DNA of 64,000 bases from an uncultured Gammaproteobacteria bacterium (GTDB lineage: Bacteria > Patescibacteriota > Microgenomatia > JAMCZE01), in assembly GCA_964641255.1 (NCBI GenBank), contig CAZXMM010000001.1, positions 409,984 to 473,983 of the forward strand, read 5' to 3'. The translations under genes and the position numbers were made by a program. Positions within the stretch are counted from its first letter, which is position 1, and every line of letters begins with the position of its first letter. The notes under the pieces were generated by a model. The model had not been told where the DNA came from and made no database searches. It worked only from the letters and a program-made list of their open reading frames with translations. Of this stretch, positions 30,198-40,303 are shown piece by piece.

Positions 30198-31807
30198 TGA
30201 AGCTAGTAAAAATACCTTTGGTCCTCATTATTTTTTTAGCCATTCTCCTTCGGCTTTTTCAGCTAAACTCTGTCCCGTTGGGTCTATCTTGGGACGAAGC
30301 CTCCCTTGGCTATAACGCCTATGCAATTGCCACTACGCTTCATGATGAGCACGGGGAATTTTTGCCCGTGGCCAGATTTATGGCCTTTGGTGACTATAAA
30401 CCGCCAGGGTACATTTATGTTTCCGCCGTAGCGGTAAAACTTTTGGGATTGTCGGAGTTTTCCACTAGACTGCCTTCGGCTCTAGCAGGAACGCTTCTGG
30501 TTGTAGTGGCCTACTTTTTAGTCAAAGAACTGCTCAGGCGCGAGTCAGTAGCGCTATTAACCGCGTTTGTAGTCGCGATTTCGCCCTGGGCACTACAGTT
30601 TTCTCATGCCGCTTTCGAGGCAAATTTAGCTACCGCTTTCTCGGCCACTGGCATTTTGTTTTTCTTGGTTGCCCTGCGAAAAAAACCGTGGGTCTTTTTT
30701 TCCTTGGCCAGTGTCTTTCTAGTTGCCTCGACCTATACTTTTAACAGTCATCGCATTTTTGTCCCCCTTATTTTGGTGGCTCTTACGCTTATTTACTTTA
30801 AAGCCGCACTTAAAAATTGGAAAGTTTTTATTGTTTTATACGGACTATTCTTTATTCTGTTCCTGCCCCAAGTACCCTTCCTTCTTTCCCAAGAGGGCAA
30901 GCTCCGCTTTAACGAAGTTGCCTGGATTAATGATCTTGAGCCTCTTGAAGAGGCCAATCTCCGAGTTGCGATAGATGACAATAGTGTCCTGGGGAAAATT
31001 GTCCACAACCGCCGTGTAGTCTATGGACTACAGTTCTTGGAACATTACACTGATACCTTTCGCTCTCAGTTCCTCTTTATCTCGGGCGACGTTAACCCAC
31101 GGTTGTCGATTCAATCTGTGGGAGAAATGTATTTATTAGAACTACCGCTGTTACTTTTGGGGATTTTCTTCTTAGCTAAAAAACACTCTAAATCTGGGCT
31201 CGTTCTTTTAGCGTGGACACTTTTGGCCCCATTACCAGGAGCGTTAGCCAGGGAAACCCCCCACGCCCTACGAACTCTGACCCTGCTACCTGTGCCGCAA
31301 ATATGTGTGGCGGCGGGGGTGTTTTTTTTAGCAGATTTATTAAGGAAATATGGGGCGAGCAAAAAAGTGGCCACCCTAATTATCCTTGGCGGTTATACTA
31401 TCTCGTTTGCTGTTTACTTACACGACTTTTATATAGCTTATCCCCAAATATCAGCTCTAGAGTGGCAATATGGGTATAAACAAATGGTAAAAAAAGTCAG
31501 TAGCCTAGCCAGTAACTACGATTCGATTTCAGTGACTGAGACCTATGGTCGACCCTACATTTACTTTTTGTTTCACGAGAATCATGCACCAAAGGATTAT
31601 TTAATTAGTCGGAATGTTGATCGGGACTGGTACGGATTTTGGTATGTGCGTTCTTTTGGTCCTTATGTTTTTGGCGCCCAAGCTCCTAAAGGGTCTAGGG
31701 TTTTATACGTCAGGGGACCAAACGAACCGGCCGAAAATACTCGGGAAATTGGTACTATTAATAACACCGACGGGGAAGTGATATTTGTTTTATCAGAAAG
31801 TAAATGA
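30197..31807 (+). CDS. GT-C membrane glycosyltransferase (DE..GYNAYS subgroup)
   Basis: WDEASLGYNAYA..TLHDEHG, FGDYKPP, SPWALQFSHAAFEAN, TPHALR, WQYGY, GRPYIYFLF. Start moved to ATG 30197. Confidence 0.88.
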   Translation: MKLVKIPLVLIIFLAILLRLFQLNSVPLGLSWDEASLGYNAYAIATTLHDEHGEFLPVARFMAFGDYKPPGYIYVSAVAVKLLGLSEFSTRLPSALAGTLLVVVAYFLVKELLRRESVALLTAFVVAISPWALQFSHAAFEANLATAFSATGILFFLVALRKKPWVFFSLASVFLVASTYTFNSHRIFVPLILVALTLIYFKAALKNWKVFIVLYGLFFILFLPQVPFLLSQEGKLRFNEVAWINDLEPLEEANLRVAIDDNSVLGKIVHNRRVVYGLQFLEHYTDTFRSQFLFISGDVNPRLSIQSVGEMYLLELPLLLLGIFFLAKKHSKSGLVLLAWTLLAPLPGALARETPHALRTLTLLPVPQICVAAGVFFLADLLRKYGASKKVATLIILGGYTISFAVYLHDFYIAYPQISALEWQYGYKQMVKKVSSLASNYDSISVTETYGRPYIYFLFHENHAPKDYLISRNVDRDWYGFWYVRSFGPYVFGAQAPKGSRVLYVRGPNEPAENTREIGTINNTDGEVIFVLSESK

Positions 31808-33315
31808 GATTAAAACTTAAACTCTTTTTTTTAAGTCACTGGATTTTTCTAATCCTACTTACTTTGTATTTTGTTACTCGTCTTTACAAGTTGACGATTT
31901 TACCGCTGTTTACGGATGAATCGATCTACCTGTATTGGGCTAAAGTGATCGTTAGTACCAATAGTCAGTTTTTTATCTCTCTGACTGATGGCAAGCCGCC
32001 GATTCTCATTTGGCTCATGGCTTTGTTTCTTAAGGTGTTACCTGCTGACTGGTATCTCGTGGCTGGTAGACTACCATCAGTTCTAGCAGGAAGTGTCGGC
32101 CTGGCCTGTTTTTACGGTTTGGCACTGCAACTTTTTAACAGTAAAAAGGTCGCTGTTATGGCGGCAATTTTGTTGTTGATTTCTCCATTTCAGCTGCTTT
32201 ATGACCGGATGGCGCTTTTTGACGGATTGTTATCAGCAATGCTTCTGGCCACCTGTTTCCTGGCCGTTAAAACGGCAAAAAATCTATCTCTTAAATACAC
32301 CCTCTTATGGGGACTAGCCATTGGTTTGGCACTGCTGTCCAAGCCAACCGCCCTTATTGTCGCGGTCATAACACCGCTCCTGGGACTATTCGGTTTGGAG
32401 CAGGTTCTTGGGGGCAAGAAATTAGAAAAGTTTATATTACTTTCCCTGGTGGCCCTCGCACTTGGCGTAGGGCTTGAATACCTACAGCATTTTTCGTCAG
32501 TGTACTACCTCATGGTGGGCAAGAATGCCCAGTTTCAGCAACCACTCGAGGAGCTTATTCGTTCTCCCCTGGCACTTACTAGCGGGAATTTACAAGGATT
32601 TTTTCAGTGGCTTATCCCCTATTACACTAGTCCTGTTTTCGTTTTGGGTCTACTCAGCTTCGTAATTCTATTTTTCAAAAGATTCCGGCTTGGGCTAATT
32701 CTTCTCTCCTTGTGGCTGCTACCCATTGTGGCCCTAGCTACGGTGGGGCGGATCATTTTCCCCCGCTACATTCTTTTTACCACGCCCTATTTTCTTTTGC
32801 CCATCGCCTACGCGGTAGTCTGTTTGTTGGAACAAAGAAAACCGGTAGTAAAAATTGCCCTAGGAATTATCGTGGTTCTAACTTTCTTGCCCCAACTGAG
32901 TGTTGCTAAATTAATTCTAACTGACCCACCCAAGGCCCCTTTGCCAGACACTGACTATCAACAGTATATTTCTGAGCACCCCTCCGGTTATGGTCTAGAC
33001 CGGATATTTAGTTTCATTGATAAGGAAGCCCAAACAAAGCCGGTAACAGTAGTAACGCAGGGAACATTCGGTTTATATCCCTACGCTTTTACTTTGCACT
33101 ATTGGGGTAGTCCTAACGTGACAATCATGTCCCGTTGGCCACTGTCAGTTATTGATGAAGACATTTATGTCGCCAGCCGAAAAGGCCCGACCTTTATTAT
33201 TCTTAAGGAACATGACACTATTCCGAGTAATTTACCTCTAACACTCGTTTTAAAAAGCGAGAAACCAGGGGGGAAATATCCAATTCTAGTTACTATCCTT
33301 AGCGATCCAAAATGA
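31804..33315 (+). CDS. GT-C membrane glycosyltransferase (PMT_2/ArnT-like)
   Basis: LPLFTDESIY..W, SLTDGKPP, GRLPS, YDRMALFD, SK, PRY. Confidence 0.85.
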   Translation: MRLKLKLFFLSHWIFLILLTLYFVTRLYKLTILPLFTDESIYLYWAKVIVSTNSQFFISLTDGKPPILIWLMALFLKVLPADWYLVAGRLPSVLAGSVGLACFYGLALQLFNSKKVAVMAAILLLISPFQLLYDRMALFDGLLSAMLLATCFLAVKTAKNLSLKYTLLWGLAIGLALLSKPTALIVAVITPLLGLFGLEQVLGGKKLEKFILLSLVALALGVGLEYLQHFSSVYYLMVGKNAQFQQPLEELIRSPLALTSGNLQGFFQWLIPYYTSPVFVLGLLSFVILFFKRFRLGLILLSLWLLPIVALATVGRIIFPRYILFTTPYFLLPIAYAVVCLLEQRKPVVKIALGIIVVLTFLPQLSVAKLILTDPPKAPLPDTDYQQYISEHPSGYGLDRIFSFIDKEAQTKPVTVVTQGTFGLYPYAFTLHYWGSPNVTIMSRWPLSVIDEDIYVASRKGPTFIILKEHDTIPSNLPLTLVLKSEKPGGKYPILVTILSDPK

Positions 33316-34973
33316 AAAAACATTCAATTGTTTTGCTAACTTTGGTTGTGGTCTTGGGGTTGGTACTGCGCTTTTGGCATTTGGGCCAAGTGCCTCCTAG
33401 CTTGGATTGGGATGAAGCCTCACTCGGCTGGAATGCTTATTCGCTTTTAAAAACGGGGACTGATGAGTACGGGGTGAGCACTCCGTTGACCATTCGCTCC
33501 TTTAATGACTACAAGCCACCGGTTTATGTGTATGGCTTGACTTTGGTGCTCTTTTTTTTGGGACTTTCGGATTTTTCCATCCGTTTTTTATCGGCCCTCG
33601 CCGGGTCACTATCGGTGCTAGGTGTCTATTTTCTCGTTAGGGAATTAGTTCAAATTGGTAGGCGTGACAATTCTGTCACTAGCCTTCCCCTCCTATCTGC
33701 TTTGCTTCTAGCAATTTCCCCGTGGTCGGTCGGTTTTAGTCGCGTTGCCTTTGAGGCCAATCTGGCGCAATTATTTATTATTAGTGGTGCACTGTGGCTG
33801 TTAGTATTTTTGAGAAAACAAGCCTCTTGGCAGCTTTTTTTAGCACTTGGGAGCTACCTTGTTGCTTTTTACTGCTACCACAGCAGCCGCTTATTTGTCC
33901 CTTTGTTTTTGGTAAGTAGTGCACTTTGTTTACCACTTTTAAGTAAAGTTAGAAAACTACTACTCGTTGGGCTGGTGATTTTTGCCCTTTTTTTATTACC
34001 CGCTTTTAAAAGTGTGGTTACGGGGGATGGTACGGCCGCTCGGTTTGGGTCCGTCAGCATCTTTGCCCCGGAAGCCTACAAAGAACAAAAAGCTGTGCAA
34101 GAAAAAAGTTATCAGGAAGCTAAATCCCAGTCTGATCTGATCGGTAGCCTTAAAAATCACCGCTTTACTTTTTTTCCTCGGCAGTTTCTGGCCAATTATT
34201 TGTCCTATTTTGATTTTCGCTTCCTATTTTTACAAGCCGATGATAATAACCGTCATCACGCCCCCGATGTGGGATTACTGCCGCTTTGGGAGTCCCCGTT
34301 TTTAATTCTGGGTTTATTTTTTCTGTTTAGCAAAAGACCAGCCTGGAAAAGATTTCTTCTCATTTGGTTTCTTGCTGCCCCCGTTGCTGGGGCACTCGCC
34401 AGCCCCTCACCCCATGCGATTAGGTCTTTTGTTTTTTTGCCGACTTGGCAAATTATTACCGCTTTTGGGCTGCTATCAATTATCCAGATTTTATTTGGTT
34501 GGAAACGTAAACTTCTTGTTATGGCAATAGCCTGCTTAGCAATTGTTAACATTTATTATTTTGCTCATCAATATTTTATTCATGAACCTAAAGAGTATGC
34601 GGCCGATTTTCAATACGGCTATAAGCAAACTGTTCAAGTCGTAAAACCCCTTGAGCCCAACTACAAGGAAATATTTGTCACCAATTATTATGACCAGCCC
34701 TATATTTATTTTCTCCTCTATGGTGGGAGCGATCCGACTGTTAAAAATGACGGCACACTGGGAGAAAAGTATGGCAAAATTCGCTTTCTTAACTTTAGAA
34801 ATTTAAATAGTGAGGAAAAAAGACAGCTTCCCAAAGACGCTCTTTTTGTTGTCGCTCCTGGGGACGAAATTGCTCTATCGGTTGTAAAGGTTATCGTTAG
34901 GAGCCAGGACGGTAGACCACTCTTTATTGTGGGCGAGCAAGTTACCGATCTTGGATGGGGTAGTAGTCTTTAG
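33312..34973 (+). CDS. GT-C membrane glycosyltransferase (DE..GYNAYS subgroup)
   Basis: WDEASLGWNAYSLLKTGTDEYG, RSFNDYKPP, SPW..FSRVAFEAN, SPHAIR, FQYGY, DQPYIYFL. Confidence 0.88.
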   Translation: MKKHSIVLLTLVVVLGLVLRFWHLGQVPPSLDWDEASLGWNAYSLLKTGTDEYGVSTPLTIRSFNDYKPPVYVYGLTLVLFFLGLSDFSIRFLSALAGSLSVLGVYFLVRELVQIGRRDNSVTSLPLLSALLLAISPWSVGFSRVAFEANLAQLFIISGALWLLVFLRKQASWQLFLALGSYLVAFYCYHSSRLFVPLFLVSSALCLPLLSKVRKLLLVGLVIFALFLLPAFKSVVTGDGTAARFGSVSIFAPEAYKEQKAVQEKSYQEAKSQSDLIGSLKNHRFTFFPRQFLANYLSYFDFRFLFLQADDNNRHHAPDVGLLPLWESPFLILGLFFLFSKRPAWKRFLLIWFLAAPVAGALASPSPHAIRSFVFLPTWQIITAFGLLSIIQILFGWKRKLLVMAIACLAIVNIYYFAHQYFIHEPKEYAADFQYGYKQTVQVVKPLEPNYKEIFVTNYYDQPYIYFLLYGGSDPTVKNDGTLGEKYGKIRFLNFRNLNSEEKRQLPKDALFVVAPGDEIALSVVKVIVRSQDGRPLFIVGEQVTDLGWGSSL

Positions 34974-34974
34974 T

Positions 34975-36693
34975 ATGAATATTTTGTCCTTACTGCGGCG
35001 TCTTTTTCCTGTGACAATCGTTGTAGTGTCTACTCTTTTGGCGCTCCAAGCTAGTATCCAAAATCCTTTTTATACCTCCCACGATGGGTTTTTGCATCTG
35101 GCCAGAATGGCGGCCTACTATCAAAGTCTTGAGGATGGTCAGTTTCCACCCCGGTGGGCCACCGGACTTAACGGCAACATGGGGTCACCTATCTTTGTCT
35201 TTATCTATCCTCTACCGTACCTCTTGGGCGCTTTAACTCACTTCTTAGGGTTAACTTACATTAACTCTTACCAGTTTTGGACAGTTGCCGGGACAGTAAT
35301 TTCCGCCATAGCCATGTACGCTTGGTTGCGGCAATCCTTTGACAGGGTAGCTAGTATGGTTGGAGCGATAGCTTATGTCTGGGTACCTTACCGGTTTCTA
35401 AACCTTTACGTCCGGGGGGCTTTTGCCGAAAATTTAGCTTTCACCCTGCCACCGCTAGTGTTGCTGTGTCTGGGTAACTTACTAAGTCGGAAGAGAAAAC
35501 TCCTGTGGTGGAGCCTATTCTCTTTATCACTGGCTGCGCTACTACTCATGCATAGTCAAATTGCGGCTCTTGCCCTGCCACTCATTATTGGGTTTGGGAC
35601 TATTCAAATGATTATCGCCAGGGACAAAAAAATAGTAGTGCCAGTGGTACTAGCTTTGGTTACCTCGTTTTTACTGGCCAGCTTTGTTTACCTTCCCGAT
35701 TTGTTTGAGCGCTCACTTGTTAACTTTGACAACAGCTTTTTCTTTTACAAAGATTACTTCGTGACTCCCTGGCAACTAGTAAGCAGTCCGTGGGGCTTTG
35801 GTTTTGATCTTCCTGGCACTATCCATGACGAAATGTCCTTTAAAATTGGCCAAACTCAAATTGCTGCCATGTTTGGATCGGCGGTGCTAATTAGTTGGCA
35901 GCTAGTCAAAAGAAAAAAGACTTTAGCTGTCGCAGCGCCTTTGCTTTTTCTGTTAGCCTCACTAGGCGCTCTTTTTTTGATGGTTGAGAGCCTGTTGGGG
36001 AAACTTATCTGGGAGTATTTACCAATTATTAAAACCATTGTTGATTATCCCTGGCGCCTTTTCTTTGTGGTGGTTTTTTCTGGGTCTTTTCTCCTAGCTT
36101 TTGTTCTTAGTCGGTTGTCTTTTAAGTATTTAATGGCCACGGTAGCAATTGTCTTTTTAATAATTTCCAATCGTAACCACACTCGAATTAACCTGCCGCA
36201 AAGTTTTACAAACAAACAGATAGAGAGCTATCGGGGTAGTGCCACAGCCGCAACGAATGAATACAAGCCCAGAGTTCACGTTAACGAGACGTTTGTAGAA
36301 AGACAATCAGCGGTTGAGGCGGTGCGGGGTGAGGTTTTTGTTTCTGGCGTCTGGCAAAGTGCTCTCGGCCTTGGTTTTACGACCCGGGCGACAATGTCTG
36401 GGCTAGTGCGAATTAACCGGTTTTATTTTCCTGAAACCATTATCAAGCGTAGCTCCCAGACCCTAGAATTGGGTCAAGATTATTTTGTGATTACTCCAGG
36501 TAAGACCGTACCAGACAACGACACCGGACTTATAAATCTCCTTGTCGTACCGGGGGAGTCTAGGTATACTCTTTCTTTTGAAGATAGTAAAATTCGTAAA
36601 GTCGGAAATATTCTTAGCCTGATAACCGTGCTGGGACTGGGTAGTATCCTGGCATTTGAACTGGCGCGGTGGGGTTTTTCTAAACGTGTATGA
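34975..36693 (+). CDS. PTPS-related (YfhO-like) GT-C membrane protein
   Basis: SHDGFLHLAR, GQFPPRW, G.GSP.F.F.YPLP, YVRGAFAE, YPWR, NEYKP. Start moved to ATG 34975. Confidence 0.85.
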   Translation: MNILSLLRRLFPVTIVVVSTLLALQASIQNPFYTSHDGFLHLARMAAYYQSLEDGQFPPRWATGLNGNMGSPIFVFIYPLPYLLGALTHFLGLTYINSYQFWTVAGTVISAIAMYAWLRQSFDRVASMVGAIAYVWVPYRFLNLYVRGAFAENLAFTLPPLVLLCLGNLLSRKRKLLWWSLFSLSLAALLLMHSQIAALALPLIIGFGTIQMIIARDKKIVVPVVLALVTSFLLASFVYLPDLFERSLVNFDNSFFFYKDYFVTPWQLVSSPWGFGFDLPGTIHDEMSFKIGQTQIAAMFGSAVLISWQLVKRKKTLAVAAPLLFLLASLGALFLMVESLLGKLIWEYLPIIKTIVDYPWRLFFVVVFSGSFLLAFVLSRLSFKYLMATVAIVFLIISNRNHTRINLPQSFTNKQIESYRGSATAATNEYKPRVHVNETFVERQSAVEAVRGEVFVSGVWQSALGLGFTTRATMSGLVRINRFYFPETIIKRSSQTLELGQDYFVITPGKTVPDNDTGLINLLVVPGESRYTLSFEDSKIRKVGNILSLITVLGLGSILAFELARWGFSKRV

Positions 36694-37406
36694 AGAAGCT
36701 ATCAATTATTATTCCAGTCTATAACGAAGAAGCTACGCTCAAAGCGGTTTTGGAGCGGGTGGTAAGCGTGAAGTATTTAGTCCCGTTTGAAGTAATTATC
36801 GTTAATGACGGGTCTCGAGATAGAAGCGGAGTGATTGCGGAAAAATTCGTCCAAGGTAACAAAAGCGCCCGCTATATTTCCCACGAGAAGAATCAGGGGA
36901 AAGGCGCAGCGGTGAGGACCGGTGCCAAGGCAGCTAGTGGTGATTATCTAATTATCCAAGATGCGGACCTAGAATATGACCCCCAGGATATTGTTCGTTT
37001 GATAAGAGAGCTAGGAAATCATCCAAAAGACGCGGTAATCTATGGGTCCAGACTGATGCAGCCGCCAGTCTTATTTGGACCAGATAAAACCCCATTGCTA
37101 CTCCATTATTTTGGTAACCGCTTCTTAAGTCTAGTGACTAGTCTGCTCTATGGCGAGTGGATCACTGATATGGAGACGTGTTTTAAACTCATTCCTGCCA
37201 GCTTTATGCAAACAGTAAAGCTTAATGCTCGTGGTTTTGAACTAGAACCAGAGCTAACGGCCAAGCTTCTTAAGGGGGGATACGACATTTTCGAGATCTC
37301 TATCCAAACCAAACCTCGCGGGTTTGATGAGGGCAAGAAACTCCGGACTTTTTATGATGGCCGTAAGGCTCTATGGGCGCTCATTAAGTACCGGTTCACA
37401 AATTAG
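36690..37406 (+). CDS. GT2 DPM/DPG-synthase-like glycosyltransferase
   Basis: IIPVYNEE, VNDGSRD, NQGKGAA, IQDADLEYDP, YGSR, TDMETC, F..EPE, EGKK. Confidence 0.9.
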   Translation: MKKLSIIIPVYNEEATLKAVLERVVSVKYLVPFEVIIVNDGSRDRSGVIAEKFVQGNKSARYISHEKNQGKGAAVRTGAKAASGDYLIIQDADLEYDPQDIVRLIRELGNHPKDAVIYGSRLMQPPVLFGPDKTPLLLHYFGNRFLSLVTSLLYGEWITDMETCFKLIPASFMQTVKLNARGFELEPELTAKLLKGGYDIFEISIQTKPRGFDEGKKLRTFYDGRKALWALIKYRFTN

Positions 37407-38189
37407 ATGGCTACTTTATCAGTCACCCTAGCCACATTTAACGAAGAAAAATTTTTGGCGCGGTGTTTAAAAGCGGTAAAAAATATTGCCGACGAAATTG
37501 TTGTTGTTGACGGGCACTCTACCGATAAGACAGTCGCGATTGCCAAGAGGTTTGGGGCCAAAGTAATAAGCAAGCCCAACGATCCCATAAATTTTCACAT
37601 TAACAAGCGGGCAGCTAATGACGCTGCTCAATCTGAGTGGATTTTGCAGCTCGATGCCGATGAAGTAGTCAGCCCCGCTTTAGCTAAAGAGATTAAAGAT
37701 AAGATTAGTAGTAATCCTTCTGAAAATGGCTACTGGCTACCCAGAGCCAACTTTTTTTTGGGACGCTTTCTCAGGAAAGGGGGGGCCTATCCTGACTACA
37801 CCATGCGTTTGTACCGGAAAAGTCAAGGTAATTTGCCAGCTTTAAATGTTCATGAACAGGCGGTCGTTAATGGGGCAGTTGGTTTTTTAAAAAATGATCT
37901 TCTTCACTACAGTAACCCAACTTTCGCTGACTATATTGAAAAGCGCTTCAATCGCTATACCGATGTGATGGCTAGAGATTTGCCAGGGGGGTTTGTCCGT
38001 AATGTGATTTGGCGGCCGTTATTTGATCCCCATCAGGGATTTCTTTCAATTTATTTTCGCCATTTGGGGTTTTTAGATGGATTTCCTGGCTATACTTGGG
38101 CTCTTTTTTCTGCTTTGCATTTTCCTATCGCTTATTTCAAAAAATTGGATCTAGAAAGGCTAGGGAAAGATGAAAGTAGCACTCATTAG
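37407..38189 (+). CDS. GT2 glycosyltransferase (WaaE/KdtX-like group)
   Basis: TFNEE, VVDGHSTDKT, WILQLDADE, YPDY..RL, VHE, GFLDG.PG. Confidence 0.88.
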   Translation: MATLSVTLATFNEEKFLARCLKAVKNIADEIVVVDGHSTDKTVAIAKRFGAKVISKPNDPINFHINKRAANDAAQSEWILQLDADEVVSPALAKEIKDKISSNPSENGYWLPRANFFLGRFLRKGGAYPDYTMRLYRKSQGNLPALNVHEQAVVNGAVGFLKNDLLHYSNPTFADYIEKRFNRYTDVMARDLPGGFVRNVIWRPLFDPHQGFLSIYFRHLGFLDGFPGYTWALFSALHFPIAYFKKLDLERLGKDESSTH

Positions 38190-39219
38190 GGCTCCCCAGG
38201 TGCAAAGCCACGTTAGGGGGGTGGGTTTTTACGCCGATCGACTTCTTAGTCATCTTAATACGATTGACGGCGTAGTGGCCAAGCTCCTACCCTTTTCTAG
38301 GAATCCGATTTCCTACCTTTCTTATGATATTGTGCACTACTCGTATTTTGACCTCACCTTTCCAACTTATCTGCCAACTCTAGGTAAACCGACGGTAGTT
38401 ACTCTTCACGATGTTGTTCCCTTGCGGTTCCCCGGGGCTTTTCCGCTGGGGAAGCGGGGCCGGGTGGTTTGGCCAGTGCAGCGGCTACTTCTTAGGACTG
38501 CCTCGGCGGTAATTACTGACTCTAAAACGTCTCAAGTTGATATCGCTGAGTTAGCGGGGGTGCCAAGGAATAAAATTTATCCCATTTATTTGGCGGCGGA
38601 CCCAGCCTATAAGCCAGTAACTAGCGAAATAGTTAAGCAGCAGATTCGTAGGAAGTATCACTTGGGCCAAAACTTTGTGCTGTATGTAGGGGGGGTTAAC
38701 TGGAATAAAAATCTGCCTACACTCGCCAAAGCTTGTGAGCTTGGTCGGCTAGAGCTAGTCATTGTTGGAAAGGAAGCGCTTGGTGAAAGTCTGGATCCGG
38801 CGCACCATGAGAGTCAACCCTTTAGGGAATTTATGACGGTCGCTACCCGGTATCCCCAGATCAAAAGAGTGGGGTTTGTCCCCCTGGAGGAGCTGGCCGC
38901 TCTTTATAGTCTGGCTATGGTCTACGTTCAGCCCTCCTTTTATGAAGGATTTGGACTGCCTGTCCTTGAAGCCATGTCCTGCGGCTGTATCGTCATGAGT
39001 GGGAAAAACAGTAGTTTGGCTGAAATTGGAGGTGAGGCTACCTTATACAGCGATATTGATTCGCCAGAAAATTTGCAAAAAAAGATAGAATTTGTAAAAA
39101 CGCTTAGTCCCAAAGACAGGGCCCTACTTAGTGCTAAGTCCCGCGCCAGGGCGGCCGAGTTTACTTGGGAGAAAACGGCCAAAGAGACCTATGAAATTTA
39201 TAAAAAAGTTTTGGCATAA
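38170..39219 (+). CDS. GT4 glycosyltransferase (MtfB/WbaZ-like mannosyltransferase group)
   Basis: RGVGFY, TLHD..P, KN, PSFYEGFGLPVLEAMSCG, FTWEKTA. Confidence 0.9.
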   Translation: MKVALIRAPQVQSHVRGVGFYADRLLSHLNTIDGVVAKLLPFSRNPISYLSYDIVHYSYFDLTFPTYLPTLGKPTVVTLHDVVPLRFPGAFPLGKRGRVVWPVQRLLLRTASAVITDSKTSQVDIAELAGVPRNKIYPIYLAADPAYKPVTSEIVKQQIRRKYHLGQNFVLYVGGVNWNKNLPTLAKACELGRLELVIVGKEALGESLDPAHHESQPFREFMTVATRYPQIKRVGFVPLEELAALYSLAMVYVQPSFYEGFGLPVLEAMSCGCIVMSGKNSSLAEIGGEATLYSDIDSPENLQKKIEFVKTLSPKDRALLSAKSRARAAEFTWEKTAKETYEIYKKVLA

Positions 39220-40303
39220 TTACCATTTTGTCCTTCTCGTCGTTATCGTTTGGCGGGCGTATTTGTTTGCCGTTGGTTTTTTGGGATTTTCTCTACTCAC
39301 TTTCAAAGCCAGTTTCCCCTACATCGACCAACACTTAATTGCCAGCACTTTTCCCCAGTGGTTTTGGCACTGGGGTAATTTTGACGGAGTCCACTATCTT
39401 GATTTAGCTACCCACGGGTATCATGCGCAGGGACTGCACGTATTTTTCCCCATGTACCCCATAATTGTCAGTGGCCTAGAAAAAGTAATCGGTAATTACT
39501 TCTTGGCTGGGTTTATAGTTTCTCATGCCGCCATTGTTCTGGCGGCCCTACTTTTTTACAAGTTTTTAAAGACTTCCTATTCTGAGTCAGTAGCTAAATG
39601 GGCGATTGTTCTTTTGTTTGCCTTTCCGACCTCCTTTTTCTTTGGGAGTTTGTATACCGAGAGTCTATTTTTTCTCTTAATAGTGTTATCAATTAGTACT
39701 ACGGGTTATGTTAGTGCGGTTGTTAATTTTTTTGCGGGACTAACAAGGTTGGTGGGAGTTTTTTTAAGTTTGGGTAGTTTGTGGCCAAAAACCAAATGGA
39801 AATACTTTCTGATTTCTATCTCCGGGTTAATCGTGCTTCTGCTATATAGTTGGTATTTCTACTTTTCACCGCTACTGATTATTTCCGATCAAGCCAATTT
39901 TCAAAATGCCCGGGCTACCACTCTTTCTGGGCTTGTCACTCCCTTTCAGGTAGTGTTTCGCTATCTTAAGATTTTTACGACCGCTAACCCCACCCATTAT
40001 GACTATCTACTCGCTGTTTTAGAATTTTTAGCTTTTGGTCTGGGGACGGTGGTCCTCGCCCTTCTGACCTGGAAACGCAGATTTAAGGCTGAGTGGTTGG
40101 CCTTTGGCTGGTTATCGCTACTGTTACCTACGTTGTCAGGAACATTTTCCTCCATGCCCAGATATCTGCTGATCGTCTTCCCGCTCTTTATTGCCTTTGG
40201 ACAATTAAAAAACCGCTGGCTTAAATTAACAATACTGGCTCTGAGTACAATGCTGCTTAGTGTGTTGACCATGCTTTTCGTACGTGGTTATTTTGTAAGC
40301 TAA
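39191..40303 (+). CDS. GT-C mannosyltransferase-like protein (PIG-V/GPI18-like group)
   Basis: WGNFDGVHY..LA..GY, FFP.YP, FPTSFF...YTESLF, TR..G, SMPRY. Start moved to ATG 39191. Confidence 0.8.
   Translation: MKFIKKFWHNYHFVLLVVIVWRAYLFAVGFLGFSLLTFKASFPYIDQHLIASTFPQWFWHWGNFDGVHYLDLATHGYHAQGLHVFFPMYPIIVSGLEKVIGNYFLAGFIVSHAAIVLAALLFYKFLKTSYSESVAKWAIVLLFAFPTSFFFGSLYTESLFFLLIVLSISTTGYVSAVVNFFAGLTRLVGVFLSLGSLWPKTKWKYFLISISGLIVLLLYSWYFYFSPLLIISDQANFQNARATTLSGLVTPFQVVFRYLKIFTTANPTHYDYLLAVLEFLAFGLGTVVLALLTWKRRFKAEWLAFGWLSLLLPTLSGTFSSMPRYLLIVFPLFIAFGQLKNRWLKLTILALSTMLLSVLTMLFVRGYFVS

Noticed and set aside
22073-34973. Lipid A aminoarabinose modification (arnT)
   Set aside because: No arnA/B/D or lipid A genes are in the window; the similarity is at fold level only.
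22073-34973. Shufflon, DGR or gene-conversion cassette among the GT-C paralogs
   Set aside because: No recombinase or reverse transcriptase, and no long identical nucleotide repeats were seen; the shared motifs I compared differ at synonymous sites.
9792-36693. Pterin biosynthesis implied by the 'PTPS-related' family name
   Set aside because: These are multi-TM YfhO-like proteins without PTPS/QueD catalytic features; the name is not functional evidence.
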